From Tubulanus polymorphus (lineage: Eukaryota > Animalia > Nemertea): a stretch of 64,000 bases of DNA. The notes beneath the pieces were generated by a model, which saw only the letters and a program-made list of their open reading frames with translations, did not search any database and had not been told where the DNA came from. Shown piece by piece: positions 50,101 to 64,000 of the stretch (position 1 is the first letter of the stretch; each line of letters starts with the position of its first letter). The stretch covers positions 38,455 through 102,454 of the forward strand of contig NW_027437455.1 of the NCBI RefSeq assembly GCF_964204645.1, in the 5' to 3' direction. A program made the translations under genes and the position numbers.

Positions 50101-53100
50101 TTTCGTTTTTCGGATAGGGGGAATATTTGATACGAAAACGTCTTTTCTCGCGCTGAACGACGTTTTCGGGTCGAAAAGTGCTTTTCCTGGCGATTTGAGC
50201 GCTTTTACGCATCGACATTTTCGTTTTTCCGATAGGGGGAATATTTGATACGAAAACGTCTTTTCTCGCGCTGAACGACGTTTTCGCGTCGAAAAGTGCT
50301 TTTCCTGACGATTTGAGCGCTTTTACGCATCGACATTGTCGTTTTTCCGATAGGGGGAATATTTGATACGAAAACGTCTTTTCTCGCGCTGAACGACGTT
50401 TTCGGGTCGAAAAGTGCTTTTCCCGACGATTTGAGCGCTTTTACGCATCGACATTGTCGTTTTTCCGATAGGGGGAATATTTGATACGAAAACGTCTTTT
50501 CTCGCGCTGAACGACGTTTTCGCGTCGAAAAGTGCTTTTCCTGACGATTTGAGCGCTTTTACGCATCGACATTTTCATTTTTCCGATAGGGGGAATATTT
50601 GATACGAAAACGTCTCTTCCCGCGCTGAACGAACGTTTTCGGGTCGAAAAGTGCTTTTCCTGACGATTTGAGCGCTTTTACGCATCGACATTTTCGTTTT
50701 TCCGATAGGGGGAATATTTGATACGAAAACGTCTTTTCTCGCGCTGAACGACGTTTTCGCGTCGAAAAGTGCTTTTCCCGACGATTTGAGCGCTTTTACG
50801 CATCGACATTGTCGTTTTTCCGATAGGGGGAATATTTGATACGAAAACGTCTTTTCTCGCGCTGAACGACGTTTTCGGGTCGAAAAGTGCTTTTCCCGAC
50901 GATTTGAGCGCTTTTACGCATCGACATTGTCGTTTTTCCGATAGGGGGAATATTTGATACGAAAACGTCTTTTCTCGCGCTGACCGACGTTTTCGCGTCG
51001 AAAAGTGCTTTTCCTGACGATTTGAGCGCTTTTACGCATCGACATTTTCATTTTCCGATAGGGGGAATATTTGATACGAAAACGTCTCTTCCCGCGCTGA
51101 ACGAACGTTTTCGGGTCGAAAAGTGCTTTTCCTGACGATTTGAGCGCTTTTACGCATCGACATTTTCGTTTTTCGGATGGGGGGAATATTTGATACGAAA
51201 ACGTCTTTTCTCGCGCTGAACGACGTTTTCGCGTCGAAAAGTGCTTTTCCTGACGATTTGAGCGCTTTTACGCATCGACATTTTCATTTTTCCGATAGGG
51301 GGAATATTTGATACGAAAACGTCTCTTCCCGCGCTGAACGAACGTTTTCGGGTCGAAAAGTGCTTTTCCTGACGATTTGAGCGCTTCTACGCATCGACAT
51401 TTACGTTTTTCGGATAGGGGGAATATTTGATACTAAAACGTCTTTTCTCCCGCTGAACGACGTTTTCGCGTCGAAAAGTGCTTTTCCTGACGATTTGAGC
51501 GCTTTTACGCATCGACATTGTCGTTTTTCCGATAGGGGGAATATTTGATACGAAAACGTCTTTTCTCGCGCTGAACGACGTTTTCGCGTCGAAAAGTGCT
51601 TTTCCTGACGATTTGAGCGCTTTTACGCATCGACATTGTCGTTTTTCCGATAGGGAGAATATTTGATACGAAAACGTCTTTTCTCGCGCTGAACGACGTT
51701 TTCGGGTCGAAAAGTGCTTTTCCTGACGATTTGAGCGCTTTTACGCATCGACATTGTCGTTTTTCCGATAGGGGGAATATTTGATACGAAAACGTCTTTT
51801 CTCGCGCTGAACGACGTTTTCGCGTCGAAAAGTGCTTTTCCTGACGATTTGAGCGCTTTTACGCATCGACATTTTCATTTTTCCGATAGGGGGAATATTT
51901 GATACGAAAACGTCTTTTCTCGCGCTGAACGACGTTTTCGGGTCGAAAAGTGCTTTTCCTGACGATTTGAGCGCTTTTACGCATCGACATTGTCGTTTTT
52001 CCGATAGGGGGAATATTTGATACGAAAACGTCTTTTCTCGCGCTGAACGACGTTTTCGCGTCGAAAAGTGCTTTTCCTGACGATTTGAGCGCTTTTACGC
52101 ATCGACATTGTCGTTTTTCCGATAGGGGGAATATTTGATACGAAAACGTCTTTTCTCGCGCTGAACGACGTTTTCGGGTCGAAAAGTGCTTTTCCTGACG
52201 ATTTGAGCGCTTTTACGCATCGACATTTTCATTTTTCCGATAGGGGGAATATTTGATACGAAAACGTCTCTTCCCGCGCTGAACGAACGTTTTCGGGTCG
52301 AAAAGTGCTTTTCCTGACGATTTGAGCGCTTTTACGCATCGACATTTTCATTTTTCCGATAGGGGGAATATTTGATACGAAAACGTCTTTTCTCGCGCTG
52401 AACGACGTTTTCGCGTCGAAAAGTGCTTTTCCTGATGATTTGAGCGCTTTTACGCATCGACATTGTCGTTTTTCCGATAGAGGAAATATTTGATACGAAA
52501 ACGTCTTTTCTCGCGCTGAACGACGTTTTCGCGTCGAAAAGTGCTTTTCCTGACGATTTGAGCGCTTTTACGCATCGACATTTTCGTTTTTGGATAGGGG
52601 GAATATTTGATACGAAAACGTCTTTTCTCGCGCTGAACGACGTTTTCGCGTCGAAAAGTGCTTTTCCTGACGATTTGAGCGCTTTTACGCATCGACATTT
52701 TCGTTTTTCCGATAGGGGGAATATTTGATACGAAAACGTCTCTTCCCGCGCTGAACGAACGTTTTCGGGTCGAAAAGTGCTTTTCCTGACGATTTGAGCG
52801 CTTTTACGCATCGACATTGTCGTTTTTCGGATAGGGGGAATATTTGATACGAAAACGTCTTTTCTCGCGCTGAACGACGTTTTCGGGTCGAAAAGTGCTT
52901 TTCCTGACGATTTGAGCGCTTTTACGCATCGACATTTTCGTTTTTCCGATAGGGGGAATATTTGATACGAAAACGTCTTTTCTCGCGCTGAACGACGTTT
53001 TCGCGTCGAAAAGTGCTTTTCCTGGCGATTTGAGCGCTTTTACGCATCGACATTTTCGTTTTTCCGATAGGGGGATTATTTGATACGAAAACGTCTTTTC

Positions 53101-56100
53101 TCGCGCTGAACGACGTTTTCGCGTCGAAAAGTGCTTTCCTGACGATTTGAGCGCTTTTACGCATCGACATTTTCGTTTTTCCGATAGGGGGAATATTTGA
53201 TACGAAAACGTCTTTTCTCGCGCTGAACGACGTTTTCGGGTCGAAAAGTGCTTTTCCTGACGATTTGAGCGCTTTTACGCATCGACATTTTCGTTTTTCC
53301 GATAGGGGGAATATTTGATACGAAAACGTCTTTTCTCGCGCTGAACGACGTTTTCGCGTCGAAAAGTGCTTTTCCCGACGATTTGAGCGCTTTTACGCAT
53401 CGACATTGTCGTTTTTCCGATAGGGGGAATATTTGATACGAAAACGTCTTTTCTCGCGCTGAACGACGTTTTCGGGTCGAAAAGTGCTTTTCCCGACGAT
53501 TTGAGCGCTTTTACGCATCGACATTGTCGTTTTTCCGATAGGGGGAATATTTGATACGAAAACGTCTTTTCTCGCGCTGAACGACGTTTTCGGGTCGAAA
53601 AGTGCTTTTTCCCGACGATTTGAGCGCTTTTACGCATCGACATTGTCGTTTTTCCGATAGGGGGAATATTTGATACGAAAACGTCTTTTCTCGCGCTGAA
53701 CGACGTTTTCGGGTCGAAAAGTGCTTTTCCCGACGATTTGAGCGCTTTTACGCATCGACATTGTCGTTTTTCCGATAGGGGGAATATTTGATACGAAAAC
53801 GTCTTTTCTCGCGCTGAACGACGTTTTCGGGTCGAAAAGTGCTTTTCCCGACGATTTGAGCGCTTTTACGCATTGACATTGTCGTTTTTTCCGATAGGGG
53901 GAATATTTGATACGAAAACGTCTTTTCTCGCGCTGAACGACGTTTTCGCGTCGAAAAGTGCTTTTCCTGACGATTTGAGCGCTTTTACGCATCGACATTG
54001 TCGTTTTTCCGATAGGGGGAATATTTGATAAGAAAACGTCTTTTCTCGCGCTGCACGACGTTTTCGGGTCGAAAAGTGCTTTTCCCTGACGATTTGAGCG
54101 CTTTTACGCATCGACATTGTCGTTTTTCCGATAGGGGGAATATTTGATACGAAAACGTCTTTTCTCGCGCTGAACGACGTTTTCGCGTCGAAAAGTGCTT
54201 TTCCTGACGATTTGAGCGCTTTTACGCATCGACATTTTCATTTTTCCGATAGGGGGAATATTTGATACGAAAACGTCTCTTCCCACGCTGAACGAACGTT
54301 TTCGGGTCGAAAAGTGCTTTTCCTGACGATTTGAGCGCTTTTACGCATCGACATTTTCGTTTTTCCGATAGGGGGAATATTTGATACGAAAACGTCTTTT
54401 CTCGCGCTGAACGACGTTTCGCGTCGAAAAGTGCTTTTCCTGACGATTTGAGCGCTTTTACGCATCGACATTGTCGTTTTTCCGATAGAGGGAATATTTG
54501 ATACGAAAACGTCTTTTCTCGCGCTGAACGACGTTTTCGCGTCGAAAAGTGCTTTTCCTGACGATTTGAGCGCTTTTACGCATCGACATTTTCGTTTTTC
54601 GGATAGGGGGAAATATTTGATACGAAAACGTCTTTTCTCGCGCTGAACGACGTTTTCACGTCGAAAAGTGCTTTTCCTGACGATTTGAGCGCTTTTACGC
54701 ATCGACATTTTCGTTTTTCCGATAGGGGGAATATTTGATACGAAAACGTCTCTTCCCGCGCTGAACGAACGTTTTCGGGTCGAAAAGTGCTTTTCCTGAC
54801 GATTTGAGCGCTTTTACGCATCGACATTGTCGTTTTTCGGATAGGGGGAATATTTGATACGAAAACGTCTTTTCTCGCGCTGAACGACGTTTTCGCGTCG
54901 AAAAGTGCTTTTCCTGACGATTTGAGCGCTTTTACGCATCGACATTTTCGTTTTTCGGATAGGGGGAATATTTGATACGAAAACGTCTTTTCTCGCGCTG
55001 AACGACGTTTTCGGGTCGAAAAGTGCTTTTCCTGACGATTTGAGCGCTTTTACGCATCGACATTTTCGTTTTTCCGATAGGGGGAATATTTGATACGAAA
55101 ACGTCTTTTCTCGCGCTGAACGACGTTTTCGCGTCGAAAAGTGCTTTTCCTGACGATTTGAGCGCTTTTACGCATCGACATTGTCGTTTTTCCGATAGGG
55201 GGAATATTTGATACGAAAACGTCTTTTCTCGCGCTGAACGACGTTTTCGGGTCGAAAAGTGCTTTTCCCGACGATTTGAGCGCTTTTACGCATCGACATT
55301 GTCGTTTTTCCGATAGGGGGAATATTTGATACGAAAACGTCTTTTCTCGCGCTGAACGACGTTTTCGGGTCGAAAAGTGCTTTTCCCGACGATTTGAGCG
55401 CTTTTACGCATCGACATTGTCGTTTTTCCGATTGGGGGAATATTTGATACGAAAACGTCTTTTCTCGCGCTGAACGACGTTTTCGCGTCGAAAAGTGCTT
55501 TTCCTGACGATTTGAGCGCTTTTACGCATCGACATTGTCGTTTTTCCGATAGGGGGAATATTTGATACGAAAACGTCTTTTCTCGCGCTGAACGACGTTT
55601 TCGGGTCGAAAAGTGCTTTTCCTGACGATTTGAGCGCTTTTACGCATCGACATTGTCGTTTTTCCGATAGGGGGAATATTTGATACGAAAACGTCTTTTC
55701 TCGCGCTGAACGACGTTTTCGGGTCGAAAAGTGCTTTTCCTGACGATTTGAGCGCTTTTACGCATCGACATTTTCATTTTTCCGATAGGGGGAATATTTG
55801 ATACGAAAACGTCTTTTCTCGCGCTGAACGACGTTTTCGGGTCGAAAAGTGCTTTTCCTGACGATTTGAGCGCTTTTACGCATCGACATTTTCATTTTTC
55901 CGATAGGGGGAATATTTGATACGAAAACGTCTCTTCCCGCGCTGAACGAATGTTTTCGGGTCGAAAAGTGCTTTTCCTGACGATTTGAGCGCTTTTACGC
56001 ATCGTCATTTTCGTTTTTCGGATAGGGGGAATATTTGATACGAAAACGTCTTTTCTCGCGCTGAACGACGTTTTCGGGTCGAAAAGTGCTTTTCCTGGCG

Positions 56101-59100
56101 ATTTGAGCGCTTTTACGCATCGACATTTTCGTTTTTCCGATAGGGGGAATATTTGATACGAAAACGTCTTTTCTCGCGCTGAACGACGTTTTCGCGTCGA
56201 AAAGTGCTTTCCTGACGATTTGAGCGATTTTACGCATCGACATTGTCGTTTTTCCGATAGGGGGAATATTTGATACGAAAACGTCTTTTCTCGCGCTGAA
56301 CGACGTTTTCGCGTCGAAAAGTGCTTTTCCTGACGATTTGAGCGCTTTTACGCATCGACATTTTCATTTTTCCGATAGGGGGATTATTTGATACGAAAAC
56401 GTCTCTTCCCGCGCTGAACGAACGTTTTCGGGTCGAAAAGTGCTTTTCCTGACGATTTGAGCGCTTTTACGCATCGACATTTTCGTTTTTCGGATAGGGG
56501 GAATATTTGATACGAAAACGTCTTTTCTCGCGCTGAACGACGTTTTCGCGTCGAAAAGTGCTTTCCTGACGATTTGAGCGCTTTTACGCATCGACATTGT
56601 CGTTTTTCCGATAGGGGGAATATTTGATCTGAAAACGTCTTTTCTCGCGCTGAACGACGTTTTCGCGTCGAAAAGTGCTTTTCCCGACGATTTGAGCGCT
56701 TTTATGCATCGACATTGTCGTTTTTCCGATAGGGGGAATATTTGATACGAAAACGTCTTTTCTCGCGCTGAACGACGTTTTCGGGTCGAAAAGTGCTTTT
56801 CCCGACGATTTGAGCGCTTTTACGCATCGACATTGTCGTTTTTCCGATAGGGGGAATATTTGATACGAAAACGTCTTTTCTCGCGCTGAACGACGTTTTC
56901 GCGTCGAAAAGTGCTTTTCCTGACGATTTGAGCGCTTTTACGCATCGACATTTTCGTTTTTCCGATAGGGGGAATATTTGATACGAAAACGTCTTTTCTC
57001 GCGCTGAACGACGTTTTCGCGTCGAAAAGTGCTTTTCCTGACGATTTGAGCGCTTTTACGCATCGACATTTTCATTTTTCCGATAGGGGGAATATTCTAT
57101 ACGAAAACGTCTCTTCCCGCGCTGAACGAACGTTTTCGGGTCGAAAAGTGCTTTTCCTGACGATTTGAGCGCTTTTACGCATCGACATTTTCGTTTTTCC
57201 GATAGGGGGAATATTTGATACGAAAACGTCTTTTCTCCCGCTGAACGACGTTTTCGCGTCGAAAAGTGCTTTTCCTGACGATTTGAGCGCTTTTACGCAT
57301 CGACATTGTCGTTTTTCCGATAGGGGGAATATTTGATACGAAAACGTCTTTTCTCGCGCTGAACGACGTTTTCGCGTCGAAAAGTGCTTTTCCTGACGAT
57401 TTGAGCGCTTTTACGCATCGACATTGTCGTTTTTCCGATAGGGGGAATATTTGATTCGAAAACGTCTTTTCTCGCGCTGAACGACGTTTTCGCGTCGAAA
57501 AGTGCTTTTCCTGACGATTTGAGCGCTTTTACGCATCGACATTTTCGTTTTTCGGATAGGGGGAATATTTGATACGAAAACGTCTTTTCTCGCGCTGAAC
57601 GACGTTTTCGCGTCGAAAAGTGCTTTTCCTGACGATTTGAGCGCTTTTACGCATCGACATTTTCGTTTTTCCGATAGGGGGAATATTTGATACGAAAACG
57701 TCCCCTTCCGCGCTGAACGAACGTTTTCGGTTCGAAAAGTGCTTTTCCTGACGATTTGAGCGCTTTTACGCATCGACATTTTCGTTTTTCGGATAGGGGG
57801 AATATTTGATACGAAAACGTCTTTTCTCGCGCTGAACGACGTTTTCGCGTCGAAAAGTGCTTTTCCTGACGATTTGAGCGCTTTTACGCATCGACATTTT
57901 CGTTTTTCGGATAGGGGGAATATTTGATACGAAAACGTCTTTCCTCGCGCTGAACGACGTTTTCGGGTCGAAAAGTGCTTTTCCTGACGATTTGAGCGTT
58001 TTTACGCATCGACATTTTCGTTTTTCCGATAGGGGGAATATTTGATTCGAAAACGTCTTTTCTCGCGCTGAACGACGTTTTCGCGTCGAAAAGTGCTTTT
58101 CCTGACGATTTGAGCGCTTTTACGCATCGACATTGTCATTTTTCCGATAGAGGGAATATTTGATACGAAAACGTCTTTTCTCGCGCTGAACGACGTTTTC
58201 GCGTCGAAAAGTGCTTTTCCTGACGATTTGAGCGCTTTTACGCATCGACATTTTCATTTTTCCGATAGGGGGAATATTTGATACGAAAACGTCTCTTCCC
58301 TCGCTGAACGAACGTTTTCGGGTCGAAAAGTGCTTTTCCTGACGATTTGAGCGCTTTTACGCATCGACATTTTCATTTTTCCGATAGGGGGAATATTTGA
58401 TACGAAAACGTCTTTTCTCGCGCTGAACGACGTTTTCGCGTCGAAAAGTGCTTTTCCTGACGATTTGAGCGCTTTTACGCATCGACATTGTCGTTTTTCC
58501 GATAGAGGGAATATTTGATACGAAAACGTCTTTTCTCGCGCTGAACGACGTTTTCGCGTCGAAAAGTGCTTTTCCTGACGATTTGAGCGCTTTTACGCAT
58601 CGACATTTTCATTTTTCCGATAGGGGGAATATTTGATACGAAAACGTCTCTTCCCGCGCTGAACGAACGTTTTCGGGTCGAAAAGTGCTTTTCCTGACGA
58701 TTTGAGCGCTTTTACGCATCGACATTTTCGTTTTTCCGATAGGGGGAATATTTGATACGAAAACGTCTTTTCTCGCGCTGAACGACGTTTTCGCGTCGAA
58801 AAGTGCTTTTCCTGACGATTTGAGCGCTTTTACGCATCGACATTTTCGTTTTTCCGATAGGGGGAATATTTGATACGAAAACGTCTTTTCTCGCGCTGAA
58901 CGACGTTTTCGCGTCGAAAAGTGCTTTTCCTGACGATTTGAGCGCTTTTACGCATCGACATTTTCATTTTTCCGATAGGGGGAATATTTGATACGAAAAC
59001 GTCTCTTCCCGCGCTGAACGAACGTTTTCGGGTCGAAAAGTGCTTTTCCTGACGATTTGAGCGCTTTTACGCATCGACATTGTCGTTTTTCCGATAGGGG

Positions 59101-62100
59101 GAATATTTGATACGAAAACGTCTTTTCTCGCGCTGAACGACGTTTTCGCGTCGAAAAGTGCTTTTCCTGACGATTTGAGCGCTTTTACGCATCGACATTG
59201 TCGTTTTTCCGATAGGGGGAATATTTGATTCGAAAACGTCTTTTCTCGCGCTGAACGACGTTTTCGCGTCGAAAAGTGCTTTTCCTGACGATTTGAGCGC
59301 TTTTACGCATCGACATTTTCGTTTTTCGGATAGGGGGAATATTTGATACGAAAACGTCTTTTCTCGCGCTGAACGACGTTTTCGCGTCGAAAAGTGCTTT
59401 TCCTGACGATTTGAGCGCTTTTACGCATCGACATTTTCATTTTCCGATAGGGGGAATATTTGATACGAAAACGTCCCCTTCCGCGCTGAACGAACGTTTT
59501 CGGTTCGAAAAGTGCTTTTCCTGACGATTTGAGCGCTTTTACGCATCGACATTTTCGTTTTTCGGATAGGGGGAATATTTGATACGAAAACGTCTTTTCT
59601 CGCGCTGAACGACGTTTTCGCGTCGAAAAGTGCTTTTCCTGACGATTTGAGCGCTTTTACGCATCGACATTTTCGTTTTTCGGATAGGGGGAATATTTGA
59701 TACGAAAACGTCTTTCCTCGCGCTGAACGACGTTTTCGGGTCGAAAAGTGCTTTTCCTGACGATTTGAGCGTTTTTACGCATCGACATTTTCGTTTTTCC
59801 GATAGGGGGAATATTTGATTCGAAAATGTCTTTTCTCGCGCTGAACGACGTTTTCGCGTCGAAAAGTGCTTTTCCTGACGATTTGAGCGCTTTTACGCAT
59901 CGACATTGTCATTTTTCCGATAGAGGGAATATTTGATACGAAAACGTCTTTTCTCGCGCTGAACGACGTTTTCGCGTCGAAAAGTGCTTTTCCTGACGAT
60001 TTGAGCGCTTTTACGCATCGACATTTTCATTTTTCCGATAGGGGGAATATTTGATACGAAAACGTCTCTTCCCTCGCTGAACGAACGTTTTCGGGTCGAA
60101 AAGTGCTTTTCCTGACGATTTGAGCGCTTTTACGCATCGACATTTTCATTTTTCCGATAGGGGGAATATTTGATACGAAAACGTCTTTTCTCGCGCTGAA
60201 CGACGTTTTCGCGTCGAAAAGTGCTTTTCCTGACGATTTGAGCGCTTTTACGCATCGACATTGTCGTTTTTCCGATAGAGGGAATATTTGATACGAAAAC
60301 GTCTTTTCTCGCGCTGAACGACGTTTTCGCGTCGAAAAGTGCTTTTCCTGACGATTTGAGCGCTTTTACGCATCGACATTTTCATTTTTCCGATAGGGGG
60401 AATATTTGATACGAAAACGTCTCTTCCCGCGCTGAACGAACGTTTTCGGGTCGAAAAGTGCTTTTCCTGACGATTTGAGCGCTTTTACGCATCGACATTT
60501 TCGTTTTTCCGATAGGGGGAATATTTGATACGAAAACGTCTTTTCTCGCGCTGAACGACGTTTTCGCGTCGAAAAGTGCTTTTCCTGACGATTTGAGCGC
60601 TTTTACGCATCGACATTTTCATTTTTCCGATAGGGGGAATATTTGATACGAAAACGTCTCTTCCCGCGCTGAACGAACGTTTTCGGGTCGAAAAGTGCTT
60701 TTCCTGACGATTTGAGCGCTTTTACGCATCGACATTTTCGTTTTTCGGATAGGGGGAATATTTGATACGAAAACGTCTTTTCTCGCGCTGAACGACGTTT
60801 TTCGCGTCGAAAAGTGCTTTTCCTGACGATTTGAGCGCTTTTACGCATCGACATTTTCGTTTTTCCGATAGGGGGAATATTTGATACGAAAACGTCTCTT
60901 CCCGCGCTGAACGAACGTTTTCGGGTCGAAAAGTGCTTTTCCTGACGATTTGAGCGCTTTTACGCATCGACATTTTCGTTTTTCGGATAGGGGGAATATT
61001 TGATACGAAAACGTCTTTTCTCGCGCTGAACGACGTTTTCGGGTCGAAAAGTGCTTTTCCTGGCGATTTGAGCGCTTTTACGCATCGACATTTTCGTTTT
61101 TCCGATAGGGGGAATATTTGATACGAAAACGTCTTTTCTCGCGCTGAACGACGTTTTCGCGTCGAAAAGTGCTTTTCCTGACGATTTGAGCGCTTTTACG
61201 CATCGACATTGTCGTTTTTCCGATAGGGGGAATATTTGATACGAAAACGTCTTTTCTCGCGCTGAACGACGTTTTCGGGTCGAAAAGTGCTTTTCCTGAC
61301 GATTTGAGCGCTTTTACGCATCGACATTTTCGTTTTTCCGATAGGGGGAATATTTGATACGAAAACGTCTTTTCTCGCGCTGAACGACGTTTTCGCGTCG
61401 AAAAGTGCTTTTCCTGACGATTTGAGCGCTCTTACGCATCGACATTGTCGTTTTTCCGATAGGGGGAATATTTGTTACGAAAACGTCTTTTCTCGCGCTG
61501 AACGACGTTTTCGGGTCGAAAAGTGCTTTTCCTGACGATTTGAGCGCTTTTACGCATCGACATTGTCGTTTTTCCGATAGGGGGAATATTTGATACGAAA
61601 ACGTCTTTTCTCGCGCTGAACGACGTTTTCGGGTCGAAAAGTGCTTTTCCTGACGATTTGAGCGCTTTTACGCATCGACATTTTCATTTTTCCAATAGGG
61701 GGAATATTTGATACGAAAACGTCTCTTCCCGCGCTGAACGAATGTTTTCGGGTCGAAAAGTGCTTTTCCTGACGATTTGAGCGCTTTTAGGCATCGTCAT
61801 TTTCGTTTTTCGGATAGGGGGAATATTTGATACGAAAACGTCTTTTCTCGCGCTGAACGACGTTTTCGGGTCGAAAAGTGCTTTTCCTGGCGATTTGAGC
61901 GCTTTTACGCATCGACATTTTCGTTTTTCCGATAGGGGGAATATTTGATACGAAAACGTCTTTTCTCGCGCTGAACGACGTTTTCGCGTCGAAAAGTGCT
62001 TTCCTGACGATTTGAGCGATTTTACGCATCGACATTGTCGTTTTTCCGATAGGGGGAATATTTGATACGAAAACGTCTTTTCTCGCGCTGAACGACGTTT

Positions 62101-64000
62101 TCGCGTCGAAAAGTGCTTTTCCTGACGATTTGAGCGCTTTTACGCATCGACATTTTCGTTTTTCCGATAGGGGGAATATTTGATACGAAAACGTCTTTTC
62201 TCGCGCTGAACGACGTTTTCGCGTCGAAAAGTGCTTTTCCTGACGATTTGAGCGCTTTTACGCATCGACATTTTCATTTTTCCGATAGGGGGATTATTTG
62301 ATACGAAAACGTCTCTTCCCGCGCTGAACGAACGTTTTCGGGTCGAAAAGTGCTTTTCCTGACGATTTGAGCGCTTTTACGCATCGACATTTTCGTTTTT
62401 CCGATAGGGGGAATATTTGATACGAAAACGTCTTTTCTCGCGCTGAACGACGTTTTCGCGTCGAAAAGTGCTTTCCTGACGATTTGAGCGCTTTTACGCA
62501 TCGACATTGTCGTTTTTCCGATAGGGGGAATATTTGATACGAAAACGTCTTTTCTTGCGCTGAACGACGTTTTCGCGTCGAAAAGTGCTTTTCCTGACGA
62601 TTTGAGCGCTTTTACGCATCGACATTTTCGTTTTTCCGATAGGGGGAATATTTGATACGAAAACGTCTTTTCTCGCGCTGAACGACGTTTTCGGGTCGAA
62701 AAGTGCTTTTCCTGACGATTTGAGCGCTTTTACGCATCGACATTATCGTTTTTCCGATAGGGGGAATATTTGATACGAAAACGTCTTTTCTCGCGCTGAA
62801 CGACGTTTTCGGGTCGAAAAGTGCTTTTCCTGACGATTTGAGCGCTTTTACGCATCGACATTGTCGTTTTTCCGATAGGGGGAATATTTGATACGAAAAC
62901 GTCTTTTCTCGCGCTGAACGACGTTTTCGCGTCGAAAAGTGCTTTTCCTGACGATTTGAGCGCTTTTACGCATCGACATTTTCGTTTTTCGGATAGGGGG
63001 AATATTTGATACGAAAACGTCTTTTCTCGCGCTGAACGACGTTTTCGCGTCGAAAAGTGCTTTTCCTGACGATTTGAGCGCTTCTACGCATCGACATTTT
63101 CGTTTTTCCGATAGGGGGAATATTTGATACGAAAACGTCTTTTCCCGCGCTGAACGACGTTTTCGGGTCGAAAAGTGCTTTTCCTGACGATTTGAGCGCT
63201 TTTACGCATCGACATTTTCGTTTTTCCGATAGGGGGAATATTTGATACGAAAACGTCTTTTCTCGCGCTGAACGACGTTTTCGCGTCGAAAAGTGCTTTT
63301 CCTGGCGATTTGAGCGCTTTTACGCATCGACATTTTCGTTTTTCCGATAGGGGGATTATTTGATACGAAAACGTCTTTTCTCGCGCTGAACGACGTTTTC
63401 GCGTCGAAAAGTGCTTTCCTGACGATTTGAGCGCTTTTACGCATCGACATTTTCGTTTTTCCGATAGGGGGAATATTTGATACGAAAACGTCTTTTCTCG
63501 CGCTGAACGACGTTTTCGGGTCGAAAAGTGCTTTTCCTGACGATTTGAGCGCTTTTACGCATCGACATTTTCGTTTTTCCGATAGGGGGAATATTTGATA
63601 CGAAAACGTCTTTTCTCGCGCTGAACGACGTTTTCGCGTCGAAAAGTGCTTTTCCTGACGATTTGAGCGCTTTTACGCATCGACATTGTCGTTTTTCCGA
63701 TAGGGGGAATATTTGATACGAAAACGTCTTTTCTCGCGCTGAACGACGTTTTCGGGTCGAAAAGTGCTTTTCCCGACGATTTGAGCGCTTTTACGCATCG
63801 ACATTGTCGTTTTTCCGATAGGGGGAATATTTGATACGAAAACGTCTTTTCTCGCGCTGAACGACGTTTTCGGGTCGAAAAGTGCTTTTCCCGACGATTT
63901 GAGCGCTTTTACGCATCGACATTGTCGTTTTTCCGATTGGGGGAATATTTGATACGAAAACGTCTTTTCTCGCGCTGAACGACGTTTTCGCGTCGAAAAG
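47165..64000. repeat. 118-bp satellite array, about 143 monomers, running off the window
   Basis: Same monomer and variants continue to the window end. Confidence 0.98.

Noticed and set aside
11800-63450. Dozens of MSMRKSAQIVRK... ORFs
   Set aside because: Translations of the 118-bp satellite. The period is not a multiple of 3, and the ORFs open and close with monomer indels.
11860-64000. CRISPR array
   Set aside because: Head-to-tail near-identical monomers with no unique spacers and no cas genes.

Overview
Eukaryotic (probably invertebrate) heterochromatic DNA with three parts. (1) 1-11859: the right end of an AT-rich endogenous Polinton/Maverick-like virus, truncated by the window. Its 11 genes all lie on the minus strand: protein-primed PolB, putative major and minor capsid proteins, several membrane proteins, an SSB-like protein and a zinc-finger protein. 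(2) 11860-64000: a CpG-rich 118-bp satellite array of about 370 monomers with variant monomers and higher-order block duplications. (3) Two tandem-duplicated copies of a 4-kb non-coding LTR retrotransposon inserted in the satellite. The strongest signal is that the viral element looks wired for a poxvirus-type cytoplasmic RNA polymerase. Ten of 11 genes start with TAAATG and seven consecutive genes have T5-7-N6-8-TAAATG. The element ends in a 269-bp imperfect hairpin carrying four copies of an AAAAATGAAAAA early-promoter-like core. This suggests an integrated virophage-like parasite of a poxvirus/NCLDV residing in a putative centromeric satellite. A satellite monomer variant also carries a CENP-B-box-like motif. 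All protein calls come from motif recognition by eye, not from database searches.
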